From Phycisphaerales bacterium (GTDB lineage: Bacteria; Bacteroidota; Bacteroidia; Chitinophagales; Chitinophagaceae): a stretch of DNA of 51,600 nt. A program made the translations under genes and the position numbers. The notes beneath the pieces were generated by a model that made no database searches, was not told the origin of the DNA, and was given only the letters and a program-made list of their open reading frames with translations. Positions 1 through 9,100 of the stretch are shown one piece after another (position 1 is the first letter of the stretch; each line of letters opens with the position of its first letter). The DNA lies in the NCBI GenBank assembly GCA_030053995.1, contig JASGCP010000001.1, forward strand, positions 1 through 51,600, written 5' to 3'.

Positions 1-139
1 TTCCTTTTTTTTTGTAACTTTGCATGCTTTCTCACACGAAACTTAGTAATGCCAATAATTTCAACTATTTTTTTAACCTATCCTCAATTTGTTTGTCTAA
101 CCGACAGGATTTTATATTTTAACTTCAAAAAAAAAAATC

Positions 140-331
140 ATGAAAAAAAAATCAATGTTTTTAGGTTCTTCTCTTAAAAGAACTGAAATTAAAAAAATTA
201 ACGGTGGCACCTATGTTTTTAAAAACGGAAAAAAATTGGAAGTATCAGCTGGTTGTAGCTCTTCTGATTGTGCTGCGGGTTATTGTTGTTGTAGTGCAGA
301 TATATGGGAGTGTTGTAGTTGCTCAATTTAG
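140..331 (+). CDS. GG-leader cysteine-rich peptide precursor (63 aa), bacteriocin/RiPP-precursor-like (copy P1)
   Basis: The leader MKKKSMFLGSSLKRTEIKKINGG ends in Gly-Gly, like Bacteroidota GG-type natural-product precursor leaders. The 40-aa core has 8 Cys and 8 Ser/Thr. A hairpin plus T-run follows the gene. Confidence 0.7.
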   Translation: MKKKSMFLGSSLKRTEIKKINGGTYVFKNGKKLEVSAGCSSSDCAAGYCCCSADIWECCSCSI

Positions 332-353
332 ATAAATAACCTATGTTTAAAAT

Positions 354-382
354 AAAAAGGCCACTTTTTCGGTGGCTTTTTT
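354..382 (+). terminator. Rho-independent terminator of P1
   Basis: Stem gccac/gtggc (360-364 / 372-376) with a 7-nt loop, A-rich 5' flank and T6 run. Homologous to the terminators at 6903 and 7745. Confidence 0.6.
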
Positions 383-566
383 ACGATCCTTAAAAAAAAG
401 TGAATTAAAAGCCTCTAGCTAACAAAACACGCCGAGTGAGCCCCGCCCCTCTCCCTCTATCCAGAGACTACAAAAAAATGCTTAAAAAAGCCTTTAAACG
501 CTAAATAAGGGTATTCTATGCCATATAAAAAACAGCCTACTTTTTGTCCATTATACCATTTTATCC

Positions 567-1388
567 TTATCCGGCAATATTAAAATCCCGCAGGGCATCG
601 TTTAAACTTGTTTTCATATCTGTACTATGCTTTCGTTTCCCGATAATAAACGCACAGGGAACTTGGTAAACACCAGCAGGAAACTCTTTTGGTATCGTTC
701 CAGGAATAACAACGCTACGAGCAGGTATATATCCTTGATATTCTTTTCGTTCTTTAGTAGATACATCTATAATTTTGGTAGATCCAGTAACAACAACGCC
801 CGCACCTACAACAGATTCTTGTTCTACAACAACCCCTTCTACAAGGATACAGCGACTGCCAATAAAGCAACCATCTTCAATAATAACCGGTCTATTTTGC
901 ACAGGTTCTAATACCCCACCAATACCCACCCCACCACTAATGTGCACGCGTTTACCAATTTGTGCACAACTGCCAATGGTAGCCCATGTGTCCACCATCG
1001 TCCCTTCATCAACATAAGCCCCAATATTAACATAGCTCGGCATTAAAATTACTTGTGGTGCCAAATAAGAACCATACCGAGCGACCGCAGGCGGAACAAC
1101 TCTTATACCTAGTTTATCTAAATTTTTATTCTTAACAGGTATTTTATCAAAATACTGAAAGGGAGGGGTATCTATAAGCTCCATTTTAGCGATCGAAAAA
1201 TATAATAATACCGCTTTTTTTACCCATTCATGAACAAGCCATACGCCATCTTTTTTTTCACAAACTCGTATCTGACCCTTGTCTAACAAATCAACAATGT
1301 GCTTAACAGCATCCTCGTATTGTGCCTCTTTTTTGAGTAACGCTCTATCTTGCCAAACAAGCTCAATTATTGCAGCGTACTGTTCCAT
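567..1388 (-). CDS. dapD: 2,3,4,5-tetrahydropyridine-2,6-dicarboxylate N-succinyltransferase
   Basis: 273 aa. N-terminal helical domain followed by left-handed beta-helix hexapeptide repeats (IGKRVHISGGVGIGGVLEP...IIEDGCFIGSRC). Length and layout are typical of DapD. Confidence 0.85.
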   Translation of the reverse strand: MEQYAAIIELVWQDRALLKKEAQYEDAVKHIVDLLDKGQIRVCEKKDGVWLVHEWVKKAVLLYFSIAKMELIDTPPFQYFDKIPVKNKNLDKLGIRVVPPAVARYGSYLAPQVILMPSYVNIGAYVDEGTMVDTWATIGSCAQIGKRVHISGGVGIGGVLEPVQNRPVIIEDGCFIGSRCILVEGVVVEQESVVGAGVVVTGSTKIIDVSTKERKEYQGYIPARSVVIPGTIPKEFPAGVYQVPCAFIIGKRKHSTDMKTSLNDALRDFNIAG

Positions 1389-1546
1389 AAAAATAACTTT
1401 AATAAGTAAATGAATAAAAGCAAAAGTAATCTTTTTGATGCGGTTTTTTAGATGTTAATTTACAATAAGGTAAAAATTATATTTTCACAACACAATGGTT
1501 GTTTGCATTGTCAATCCCTATAAAAACGACAAATGCGGCGTCATTA

Positions 1547-2143
1547 CTATCTTTTAGTAATTTTATGCACATATTTGACGAGCATATCACATTCAATATT
1601 TACTTGGTGATTAGGTTTACACTGGTGTAGTTTTGTAATTTTGTAGGTATGCGGAATAATGGCTATTGATATTTTATTTTTTTTTATAGTTGCAATCGTT
1701 AAACTAATACCATCAATAGCAATAGAACCTTTCTTGAAACAGTATTTTGATAAATTTTTAGGTAATTCAACAACATAATCTATAAATCCTTTTTCCTTAG
1801 CAGATGGCTTTAAGCTAACGATCTTGCCCACGCCATCAACATGCCCTAAAACAAAATGTCCGCCAAGTTGGCTATCGGCTCGCAAAGCAGTTTCTATATT
1901 GAGAATAGTTTTTTTTTCTAAACTTCCTAAAGTAGTACATCTTAATGTTTCTTCAGATATATCAAATCCCAATTTGTTATTCTGGTTTTTAACAACTGTT
2001 AAACAAACGCCATCTAAAGCAATACTATCGCCTAATTGAACTTTTGATAATGTTTTAGGTTTCGCAACTTCCAAATACATGGATTGTTTGTTCTTTACAA
2101 TGTTGGTAATGACTGTAGTGTCTTGGATGATACCTGTAAACAT
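1547..2143 (-). CDS. ribE: riboflavin synthase alpha subunit
   Basis: 198 aa. Canonical MFTGIIQ start and two lumazine-binding repeats (GDSIALDGVCLTV / GSIAIDGISLTI). Confidence 0.92.
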   Translation of the reverse strand: MFTGIIQDTTVITNIVKNKQSMYLEVAKPKTLSKVQLGDSIALDGVCLTVVKNQNNKLGFDISEETLRCTTLGSLEKKTILNIETALRADSQLGGHFVLGHVDGVGKIVSLKPSAKEKGFIDYVVELPKNLSKYCFKKGSIAIDGISLTIATIKKNKISIAIIPHTYKITKLHQCKPNHQVNIECDMLVKYVHKITKR

Positions 2144-2158
2144 AATGATATATTTTAT

Positions 2159-3286
2159 TTATGGGGTTAATGTAATCTTAATATTATCCTGCAACCGAGT
2201 AATCTTTCTTGTTCGCAATAGCATGCGCTGATCAAATTTCTGTATTGTTTCATCTTGAAAAAAGGGAAGTGCCTTGGTAATCGCCCCCCCAATCAAACAA
2301 GGAGATATGTACAATACAAGCTGATTATAGACTTTATTTTTAATAAAAGAAGAAAGAACACGCGCACCGCCTTCAACCAAAATAGAGTCGATACCCTTTT
2401 TGTATAGTAGCACGAGTAAATTATCAAGTTCAATATTATCAGTATCCATAACCATTACAGTAACCAGGGTACTTTGATAGGACGATATTTTATGTGCTGG
2501 GACACCTTTTCCAACAATAATCCATGTTGATGCTTGTGAATCCGTTAATACTTGAGACGACAAAGGAGTGCGGAGATGTGTATCCAAAATAAGCCGAATA
2601 GGATTTCGTCCTTTCCCTGTTGGCAATCGTGTTGTTAACGATGGGTTATCTTTGATAATTGTTTCTACCCCAACTAAGATAGCGGTATGTTGATGTCTAT
2701 ATTGATGTGCATCAGCTCTTGCCTCATCGTTAGATAGCCATTTTGAATTACCATCTGCTCCAACTATTTTGCCATCTAAACTTATAGCAACTTTTAAAGT
2801 TACAAAAGGTTTTTGCTGAACAATGTGGTAGTTAAACGATTGATTGAGTACCTGACCATCAATATCTTCATGGGGAATAGGCAATAAAATTGTTTCGATA
2901 CCTGCTTGTTGAAGTATAGCTAATCCCTTCCCTGATACCAAAGGATTAGGATCAAGCGTAGCTACAACCACTTTTTTAATTCCTGCCACTATAATAGCAT
3001 GAACACAAGGCGGTGTTTTACCTTGATGCGAACATGGCTCTAAGCTAACATACAAAACAGCGTTTTGTGCTCTTGATGCAGCCATATTCAGTGCATAAAT
3101 TTCGGCATGATGCCCGCCCGCTTGAAGATGGGTTCCCATACCAACAATTTGATTATCCTTAACAACGAGTGCCCCAACTGAAGGATTAGGATTTGTTTGT
3201 CCTTTTGTCATTCCGGCCAACCAGCATGCTTTATTTAAGTAATATTCATCTGTAAATGGTTTATAATCATTCATACAGCTTATCAT
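2159..3286 (-). CDS. ribD: bifunctional diaminohydroxyphosphoribosylaminopyrimidine deaminase / 5-amino-6-(5-phosphoribosylamino)uracil reductase
   Basis: 375 aa. CMP/dCMP deaminase zinc motifs HAE...LEPCSHQGKTPPC followed by a RibD C-terminal reductase domain. Confidence 0.92.
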   Translation of the reverse strand: MISCMNDYKPFTDEYYLNKACWLAGMTKGQTNPNPSVGALVVKDNQIVGMGTHLQAGGHHAEIYALNMAASRAQNAVLYVSLEPCSHQGKTPPCVHAIIVAGIKKVVVATLDPNPLVSGKGLAILQQAGIETILLPIPHEDIDGQVLNQSFNYHIVQQKPFVTLKVAISLDGKIVGADGNSKWLSNDEARADAHQYRHQHTAILVGVETIIKDNPSLTTRLPTGKGRNPIRLILDTHLRTPLSSQVLTDSQASTWIIVGKGVPAHKISSYQSTLVTVMVMDTDNIELDNLLVLLYKKGIDSILVEGGARVLSSFIKNKVYNQLVLYISPCLIGGAITKALPFFQDETIQKFDQRMLLRTRKITRLQDNIKITLTP

Positions 3287-3307
3287 TATTAAAAAAATAA
3301 AACAGAC

Positions 3308-6151
3308 TTATTTTTTATAGCTATTGGGGAGTAAAATAAAAGTAGCTCGATTCTTATTAAAATATTGATCAGCCATTTTTTTAGAATTGGCAACCTGAAT
3401 AAAACTATAATCTTTTTTAATTTTATTGATATTTAATAGATTATCTCTAAAATAACTGCGTTCTTGCAGTTGTGCTCGCCAAAACGCATTGGTTGCCAAT
3501 TGGGTTTCTATATTACGCAAAGCCTCGGCTTTTACTTTTCCAATAACTACTGAATCTAAGCCATGTGTTTTTACCGAGTCCACCATTTTATAGGTTAGAT
3601 TTAACAAATTATTATAATTTTCAGGAGCACACACAAAAGAAATAGTAATGTTATACAAATTAGCCGGAATATGACTATAATTACCATATACAGAAACACC
3701 GTAAACGCCACCTTGTTCTTCACGAAGCACATCTCTTAGTTGAATAGAAAGCCCTTCACATAATTCAATTATGCCTAATTTAGTAGTAGGGGTATAAGGT
3801 GCCATGCCCGAATAAATAATTCTAACCGATGTTCTTTTTTCCTTACCTGAATAAAAAATTTTATTAACATCCCCCGTTGGTGGGCGAATACCATTATCGT
3901 GCCATAAAAGATGCTTAGGTGTACTTGGTAGCGATGCAAGATATTGCTTAACAAACGGTTTAATAGAATCGATATTAAAATTACCTACTATTGTAAAAAT
4001 AAAATTACCGGCATCCGAAAACTGTTTTTTATAGAATTCATACGCTCGATCAAAATTTAATTCTGGTAGTCTATCAATAGTAAAGGGTTTTGTTCTAAAA
4101 TTATAGTTACCCATCGCGTATTGAATAGAGTCATCAAATGAGGCGGCTGGATCTTTTGAACGATTGACTAAATCGGTCGCTAATTGTTGGTGCACAATGG
4201 CGAAACCTTTAACATCTTTTCTAGGGTCAACAAAATACGCCGTAATCAATTGAAAAGTTGTTTGTAGATCGGTCACGGAACTACTCGCTAAAATACCCTT
4301 TTGATAAGATTCAATATACGGTGTAACCGCCAGATTTTTTCCTGCCAATTTTTTCAACAACTGCCCATAGTCTAATCTACCTACACCACTTTGGGCAACA
4401 ATATTATCTGAGAAATTTGCTGATATATAATTTTGTGTATCTGATAGAGAGGTGCCCCCCGGTGCAATTGCAGAAATTAAAATCTCATCATTTTTAAAAT
4501 TGGTGGGTTTCAAAACAACTTCTGCACCATTCGATAAAGTTAATACAGTAACCCCAATATCCTTATATTTTTTTTCTGCTGTAATACTTCCCGGCGTAGG
4601 CTGTTGTGGCAAAATAGGACCGTTGGGGGTATTATCGTTATAGTATCCTAAATTTCTATAAACGGAGTCCAAATGAATCATAATAGTTGATGAATCGGGT
4701 AAGTTATTAGTCTCACTGGCGGGTGCTAATACAACCACAACCCTATTGAACGGTCTAATCCATGATGCCAATAATTTATTGGCATTATCAATTGTAATTG
4801 TTGGTAAATATTTTTGATATAGATGATACTCATAATCAACACCGGGCACGGCTTCATTGACTAAGAAATGACGGATTAACTCTTGCACTAAACTAACCGA
4901 TGGCGTTTTATTCTGCTCTTTATAGGATTGTTCAATATTAGCCATCAAACTTGCCTTGGCTCGTGTTAACTCGGGTTCTGAAAAACCATAGTCCATCAAG
5001 CGATCCACTTCTTTGGTAACGGTATCTAAGGAAGGTATTAAGTTCTTAGATGATTTTGCTACGATCGTAAAAACAAGGGCATCATTATCACCCAATAGTC
5101 TATCATAGTTACAACCTGCAAAAACAAACGGAGCATCAGGATTTTGCTGTAAATCTTGAAAGCGTCCAGTTATCATTGTATTAAAAAGATTCCGAACAAT
5201 AGAAGCCCGATAGGCTGTATCGGTAAGTGGTTCCGGTATTTTAGGTAATTTATAAAATACCTCAATAACATTATATGTCTGCTCTGAATCGGTAACAACG
5301 CTCACACGCGTGCCTGAATGGGCAGGAACAGAAAAATCTAATTTAGGTAGCTCCTTGAGCGGATTTTTGAGTTTGTTAAACAGAGTTGTAATTTTTTTTT
5401 GCACCGTATCAACATTAATATCACCTACTACGATCACCGCTTCTAAATCCGGTCGATACCAGTTTTTATAAAAATCTTTTATTTTTTCTATTGGCGTATG
5501 CTGAATAGACTCGGGCGTTCCTATTGGCAAACGCTTAGCGTACTGTGAGCCTTGTAGTAATATAGGTAAGAATTTATCGCGTACCCGTGCGTCAACATTT
5601 CGTCCTAAACGCCACTCCTCTAAAACAACTTTTCTTTCCTTGCTGAGTTCTGCCGTATCAAAAATTTGTCCGTGTGCCCAATCTTCTAATATTTGTAAAG
5701 ATGTATCTAATAAAGTTTTGTTGTCGGTAGGAATTTGTAATTCATATACTGTTTCGTCAAATGAGGTGTAGGCATTGAGGTCTGCACCAAAATTAACCCC
5801 ATTTCTTTCTAAAAAGTCAACTATTTGTTGCTTTTTAAAATGCTCAGTACCATTAAAAGCTAAATGTTCTACAATATGTGCAACGCCCAATTGATCATCG
5901 TGCTCAAGAATAGAACCTGCCTTTACTACCAATCTTAATTCAACTCTATTTTTAGGATAGCTGTTTTTTAAAATATAATATTGCAGACCATTGGATAGTT
6001 TGCCAGAAATAATTTTAGGGTTGAACGGTAAAATGGGTGATATTAATTGAATAGTACTATCAGTTATTTGGTCATGCGTATTAGCCCAACTTAGTGGCGT
6101 AATAAAAAAAATAAAAATATTCAAGATAAAAAGGAACAATAATTTTTTCAT
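3308..6151 (-). CDS. secreted M16-family (pitrilysin-like) zinc peptidase
   Basis: 947 aa. N-terminal signal peptide (MKKLLFLFILNIFIFFITPLSWA) and inverted zinc motif HIVEH (HxxEH). Two-lobed M16 length. Confidence 0.85.
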   Translation of the reverse strand: MKKLLFLFILNIFIFFITPLSWANTHDQITDSTIQLISPILPFNPKIISGKLSNGLQYYILKNSYPKNRVELRLVVKAGSILEHDDQLGVAHIVEHLAFNGTEHFKKQQIVDFLERNGVNFGADLNAYTSFDETVYELQIPTDNKTLLDTSLQILEDWAHGQIFDTAELSKERKVVLEEWRLGRNVDARVRDKFLPILLQGSQYAKRLPIGTPESIQHTPIEKIKDFYKNWYRPDLEAVIVVGDINVDTVQKKITTLFNKLKNPLKELPKLDFSVPAHSGTRVSVVTDSEQTYNVIEVFYKLPKIPEPLTDTAYRASIVRNLFNTMITGRFQDLQQNPDAPFVFAGCNYDRLLGDNDALVFTIVAKSSKNLIPSLDTVTKEVDRLMDYGFSEPELTRAKASLMANIEQSYKEQNKTPSVSLVQELIRHFLVNEAVPGVDYEYHLYQKYLPTITIDNANKLLASWIRPFNRVVVVLAPASETNNLPDSSTIMIHLDSVYRNLGYYNDNTPNGPILPQQPTPGSITAEKKYKDIGVTVLTLSNGAEVVLKPTNFKNDEILISAIAPGGTSLSDTQNYISANFSDNIVAQSGVGRLDYGQLLKKLAGKNLAVTPYIESYQKGILASSSVTDLQTTFQLITAYFVDPRKDVKGFAIVHQQLATDLVNRSKDPAASFDDSIQYAMGNYNFRTKPFTIDRLPELNFDRAYEFYKKQFSDAGNFIFTIVGNFNIDSIKPFVKQYLASLPSTPKHLLWHDNGIRPPTGDVNKIFYSGKEKRTSVRIIYSGMAPYTPTTKLGIIELCEGLSIQLRDVLREEQGGVYGVSVYGNYSHIPANLYNITISFVCAPENYNNLLNLTYKMVDSVKTHGLDSVVIGKVKAEALRNIETQLATNAFWRAQLQERSYFRDNLLNINKIKKDYSFIQVANSKKMADQYFNKNRATFILLPNSYKK

Positions 6152-6576
6152 GGAGCACTATTTTAATAAAGAAGCGAAGATTGCGTATGCGAAGTTATCA
6201 ATTAACCATGACTTTTCAAAAGTATTGTTGAAATAGGGCTCACTTGAGGCTACTTTACTTAGTTGTACGGTTAAACCCTATTTTTATTGCTTGTTTGGCT
6301 GTCTGTGTAATAGATTAACTTTTTAGTTGCAAATCATTGTCAAAAAAAAACTCTATCACCACTATCTTTAAATTTTTGTGAGATATATCTCTTGTTTTTA
6401 TGCCACAAATATATTACAATTAATTGAAAATCAAATTGTTAAACTTTATAAATCCCCCATAGTATTTTTGCCGTATTTATTTAACTTTTATTTAACTTTT
6501 ATTTAGGTTAGATTTTCATCAAAATAACGTTACTTAGTACATATTTATTTTTCACCATTAAATTTTTTTTAAAAGT

Positions 6577-6894
6577 ATGAAGCAAAGATTACAAAAAATG
6601 GGTACTTTACTAAACAGAGTTGAATTAAAAAGTAGTGAATTAAAGAAATTGTCCGGCGGACTTAAATGTTCTTCGGATTGCGTATGGTACGGTGGAAAGT
6701 CTTGTGCTCTAGGAGATGGGGGAGCAAGATGTTGCAACCATGATAAAGAATATACACTTTGGGATGGACAGAAGATATATGGATGTGACATGGCTGCTAA
6801 TGGCACAGATAGTCCTGGTTGCTCTTATAACCAAACACCAAGCGCGGCTTGTGTATATTACAGTACCATAAAAAATGCATGGGTAAGAGGTTAA
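6577..6894 (+). CDS. GG-leader cysteine-rich peptide precursor (105 aa) (copy P2)
   Basis: Leader MKQRLQKMGTLLNRVELKSSELKKLSGG, followed by a 77-aa core with 8 Cys. Terminator directly downstream. Confidence 0.7.
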   Translation: MKQRLQKMGTLLNRVELKSSELKKLSGGLKCSSDCVWYGGKSCALGDGGARCCNHDKEYTLWDGQKIYGCDMAANGTDSPGCSYNQTPSAACVYYSTIKNAWVRG

Positions 6895-6902
6895 AAAAAA
6901 TA

Positions 6903-6931
6903 AAAAAGCTACCTAAACGGTGGCTTTTTTT
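6903..6931 (+). terminator. Rho-independent terminator of P2
   Basis: Stem gctacc/ggtggc, 5-nt loop and T7 run. The 3' flank tttatgc is shared with the 7745 terminator. Confidence 0.65.
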
Positions 6932-6973
6932 ATGCTTTGTAAAAAAAGAGATTAATCAAGAAATAATATAAAT

Positions 6974-7386
6974 TTACTTGGCGAAGGCAATGTAATTAAT
7001 ATTGAATACGGTAGTAAATGCTTGAGCAGGTGACCATGTTTAACCACCGTTCGTTGTAGTGGAAAATTGCCCATTATTCCCAACCATCACGCCGTTAATC
7101 GCTGAACTAAATGCTACGGATGTTATACTATTCATTCCTGAAATAGTTTCATAAGGTCCCCAAGTTTCCCCCCGTCAGTTGTAGAGGAAAATTCCCCATG
7201 ATATCCCAATGCTATGCCATTTAAGGTGCCATCAATAGGAGGAAATAAAGGACTAAATAGGATAGGAACCAGCGGTGTATCAACAGTTGTAGCAGAATTC
7301 AAAGAAGTATCATTTGGGGAGTTCTCAACTTTTTTAGTACAACTGAATAATAAAAGAAATAGAAGAAAGTAAAGTAGCTTTTGCAT
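6974..7386 (-). pseudogene. disrupted lipoprotein with Asp-box (BNR) repeats
   Basis: Lipoprotein signal MQKLLYFLLFLLLFSC. Reading continues only after a frameshift at the G-run near 7165-7175 (TTDGG/ETWGPYETISG...). A second Asp-box is hit by an in-frame TAA (TTNGG*TW). Confidence 0.6.
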
Positions 7387-7563
7387 ATTATTTTATCTTT
7401 GGGACATTAGACAATTCTTGTATGCTAATAAAAAATTAAAGAGGTTTGCAAAAACTCGGTTAATAATTGCACAAGGTATTTTTTTGATAAATCAAAATAT
7501 TTTTAGGGTGTTTCCCTCGCAATCTTGAGTCGTGCTTTGCGGAGTATCCCTACTGCGTAAGAA

Positions 7564-7596
7564 CTTCGTTGCCTCTGCAATCACTAAGGCGGAAAA
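7564..7596. repeat. short dispersed repeat X, copy 1
   Basis: cttcgttgcctctgcaatcactaaggcggaaaa is about 80% identical to the copies at 9101 and 10363. Confidence 0.6.
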
Positions 7597-7744
7597 TAAG
7601 TACTTTAGCTTGTACAATGGTAAAAGTATTCGCTCTTATTTTTCTCTTATTGTAATTTTTTATTTCCCGTCTTTTGTGATTTTATGTTTTATGCAGAGAT
7701 ATTTTATTTCAACGAGGCGTACAACTCATTAGTTAGTTTTGGTT

Positions 7745-7779
7745 AAAGGCTACTATGTTTTATATAGTGGCTTTTTTTA
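7745..7779 (+). terminator. orphan rho-independent terminator (no intact gene upstream)
   Basis: Stem gctactat/atagtggc, 7-nt loop and T7 run. Sequence-homologous to the P2 terminator, including the tttatgc flank. Confidence 0.55.
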
Positions 7780-7852
7780 TGCTTGTAAAATTCAATTTTT
7801 TAATACATATTATAAAATAAGTATTAATACATTTTTTTATGTCTAAATGATG

Positions 7853-7860
7853 TAAGTTTG
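7853..7860 (+). promoter_or_regulatory. Bacteroidota-type -7 promoter box (TAAGTTTG) for P3
   Basis: Matches the TAnnTTTG consensus and lies 16 nt before the ATG at 7877. The homologous position before P4 is mutated. Confidence 0.4.
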
Positions 7861-7876
7861 CGAAAAATGAAAAAAC

Positions 7877-8161
7877 ATGAAACAAAAATCAATGAGTTTA
7901 GGTTCTACTCTTACAAGAACCGAAAGTAAAGAAATTAGAGGTGCATCATTTATAAGAATGGGTAGCGATGGTAAAGACCAATTATGCCATAATGGCAACC
8001 CAGAAAAAGGTAACTACTGTATAAATTGCATCGGTCTTGGTGGCCTTGTTGTTAATGATTCATGCACGAATACCTGTGATGGTGCTACTTACGCAGTTTC
8101 AGTTCCTATTTTGGGGTTCTTTTGTTGTGTAGCTTCAGTCTTTCATTGTACCCCAAGTTAA
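7877..8161 (+). CDS. GG-type (Gly-Ala) leader cysteine-rich peptide precursor (94 aa) (copy P3)
   Basis: Leader MKQKSMSLGSTLTRTESKEIRGA. The core has 8 Cys with motifs C-x2-C, VNDSCTNTC and GFFCC, which are shared with P4 and P5. Confidence 0.7.
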   Translation: MKQKSMSLGSTLTRTESKEIRGASFIRMGSDGKDQLCHNGNPEKGNYCINCIGLGGLVVNDSCTNTCDGATYAVSVPILGFFCCVASVFHCTPS

Positions 8162-8252
8162 TCATCTACTACAGTAGAAATAGTTTTGATTTTTTAAACA
8201 AATATTAAAATTATTTGTCTAAGTGATGTATGCTTACAAAAAATATAAAAGC

Positions 8253-8550
8253 ATGAAACAAAAATCGTTAAATTTAGGTTCTTCATTAACAAGATTAGAA
8301 CAAGATTAGAGAGTAAAAAAATTAGGGGGGCATCTTTTACTAGAAAAGGCAAAGACGGCAAAATACAGTCTTGCCATGATGGATACACTAGGGTGGTAAT
8401 TATTGCATAACATGTCAAGCTACTTCAGGAGCATACTATGGTTCGTGGGTTAATGATTCATGCACGAGTACATGTGATGCTCCTGCTTATGTTGCAGAAG
8501 CTACAGGATTGATGTTTTTTTGCTGTATAATGGGAGATTATAGGTGTTAA
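8253..8550 (+). pseudogene. disrupted paralogue of P3 (copy P4)
   Basis: Leader MKQKSLNLGSSLTRLE is followed by an 11-bp tandem duplication (acaagattaga at 8289-8299 and 8300-8310) that creates a TAG. A second 1-nt frameshift lies near 8385-8395. The conceptually repaired core is ...GNYCITC...VNDSCTSTC...MFFCCIMGDYRC. Confidence 0.7.
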
Positions 8551-8748
8551 TTATTTTAAAACTCGCTAAATCATTTTTTGAGGTAGTAAGAGAAGTATGT
8601 TTTAATTTTTGTTAAAAAATTCCAAAGCTATTTTTTTGCAGAATAACAAAAATGTTGTTTTGGTGGGTTTGTTACCTACGGGATTGTAATTCGCTTTTTC
8701 GAAAGAGCATAAAAAACTACCGAAAAAAATGGCTTAATAACTTTACAA

Positions 8749-9018
8749 TTAAAACATGCAACTGCTTGAGCTTATACAACAAAAGAACCCAACTGCGTAA
8801 GTATGCTCACCGCTAGCACATGAATTACTGCACTGATCATTAACCCACCAACCCATCGCCTGTCCGCAATTTAAACACTAATTACCATGTGTTAGCCTAC
8901 CGCCATGGCACCATTGGTTTTTTACCGTCACTACCAGTTCTTGTAAATGATGCTCCTGTATTTTTTTACTTTCGATTCTTGTAAGAATAGAACTTAAACT
9001 CATTGATTTGTTTTTCAT
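8749..9018 (-). pseudogene. disrupted paralogue of P3 (copy P5)
   Basis: Leader MKNKSMSLSSILTRIESKKI, then a locally frame-shifted segment. An in-frame TAG sits where P3 has Tyr (GN*CLNC versus GNYCINC). The downstream remainder is ...VNDQCSNSC...GFFCCISSSSC. The terminator stem is decayed. Confidence 0.65.
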
Positions 9019-9100
9019 TGTTTTATATTTATATTTTCGTCATAGAGCCAAGAATATCAAATATTAACAAGGTAATTTTTGCTCTTTTTATAGTATTCGT

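Noticed and set aside
3287-3307. Expected FMN riboswitch upstream of ribD/ribE.
   Set aside because: Only 21 bp separate ribD from the preceding M16 peptidase gene, and only 15 bp separate ribD from ribE. There is no room for an FMN aptamer, and none was recognised in 6152-6576 either.
3308-6894. The M16 peptidase as the leader-processing enzyme for the adjacent GG-leader peptide P2.
   Set aside because: The two genes are divergent and separated by 425 bp. The peptidase is packed against ribD-ribE (21-bp and 15-bp spacers) and looks like a housekeeping secreted protease. GG leaders are normally cut by C39 peptidase domains of ABC exporters. Adjacency is the only evidence for a link.
7532-7732. 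66-aa ORF (GTG start) in the accessory patch.
   Set aside because: It has a non-ATG start and a low-complexity hydrophobic/Phe-Ser-rich product. It overlaps repeat X and module-remnant DNA, with no recognisable motif or promoter box.
8194-8418. 74-aa minus-strand ORF.
   Set aside because: It lies antisense to the P4 pseudogene. The plus strand shows clear homology to P3, so this ORF is an AT-rich antisense artefact. The same applies to 6558-6806 (antisense to P2) and 37503-37820 (antisense to the lipoprotein gene).
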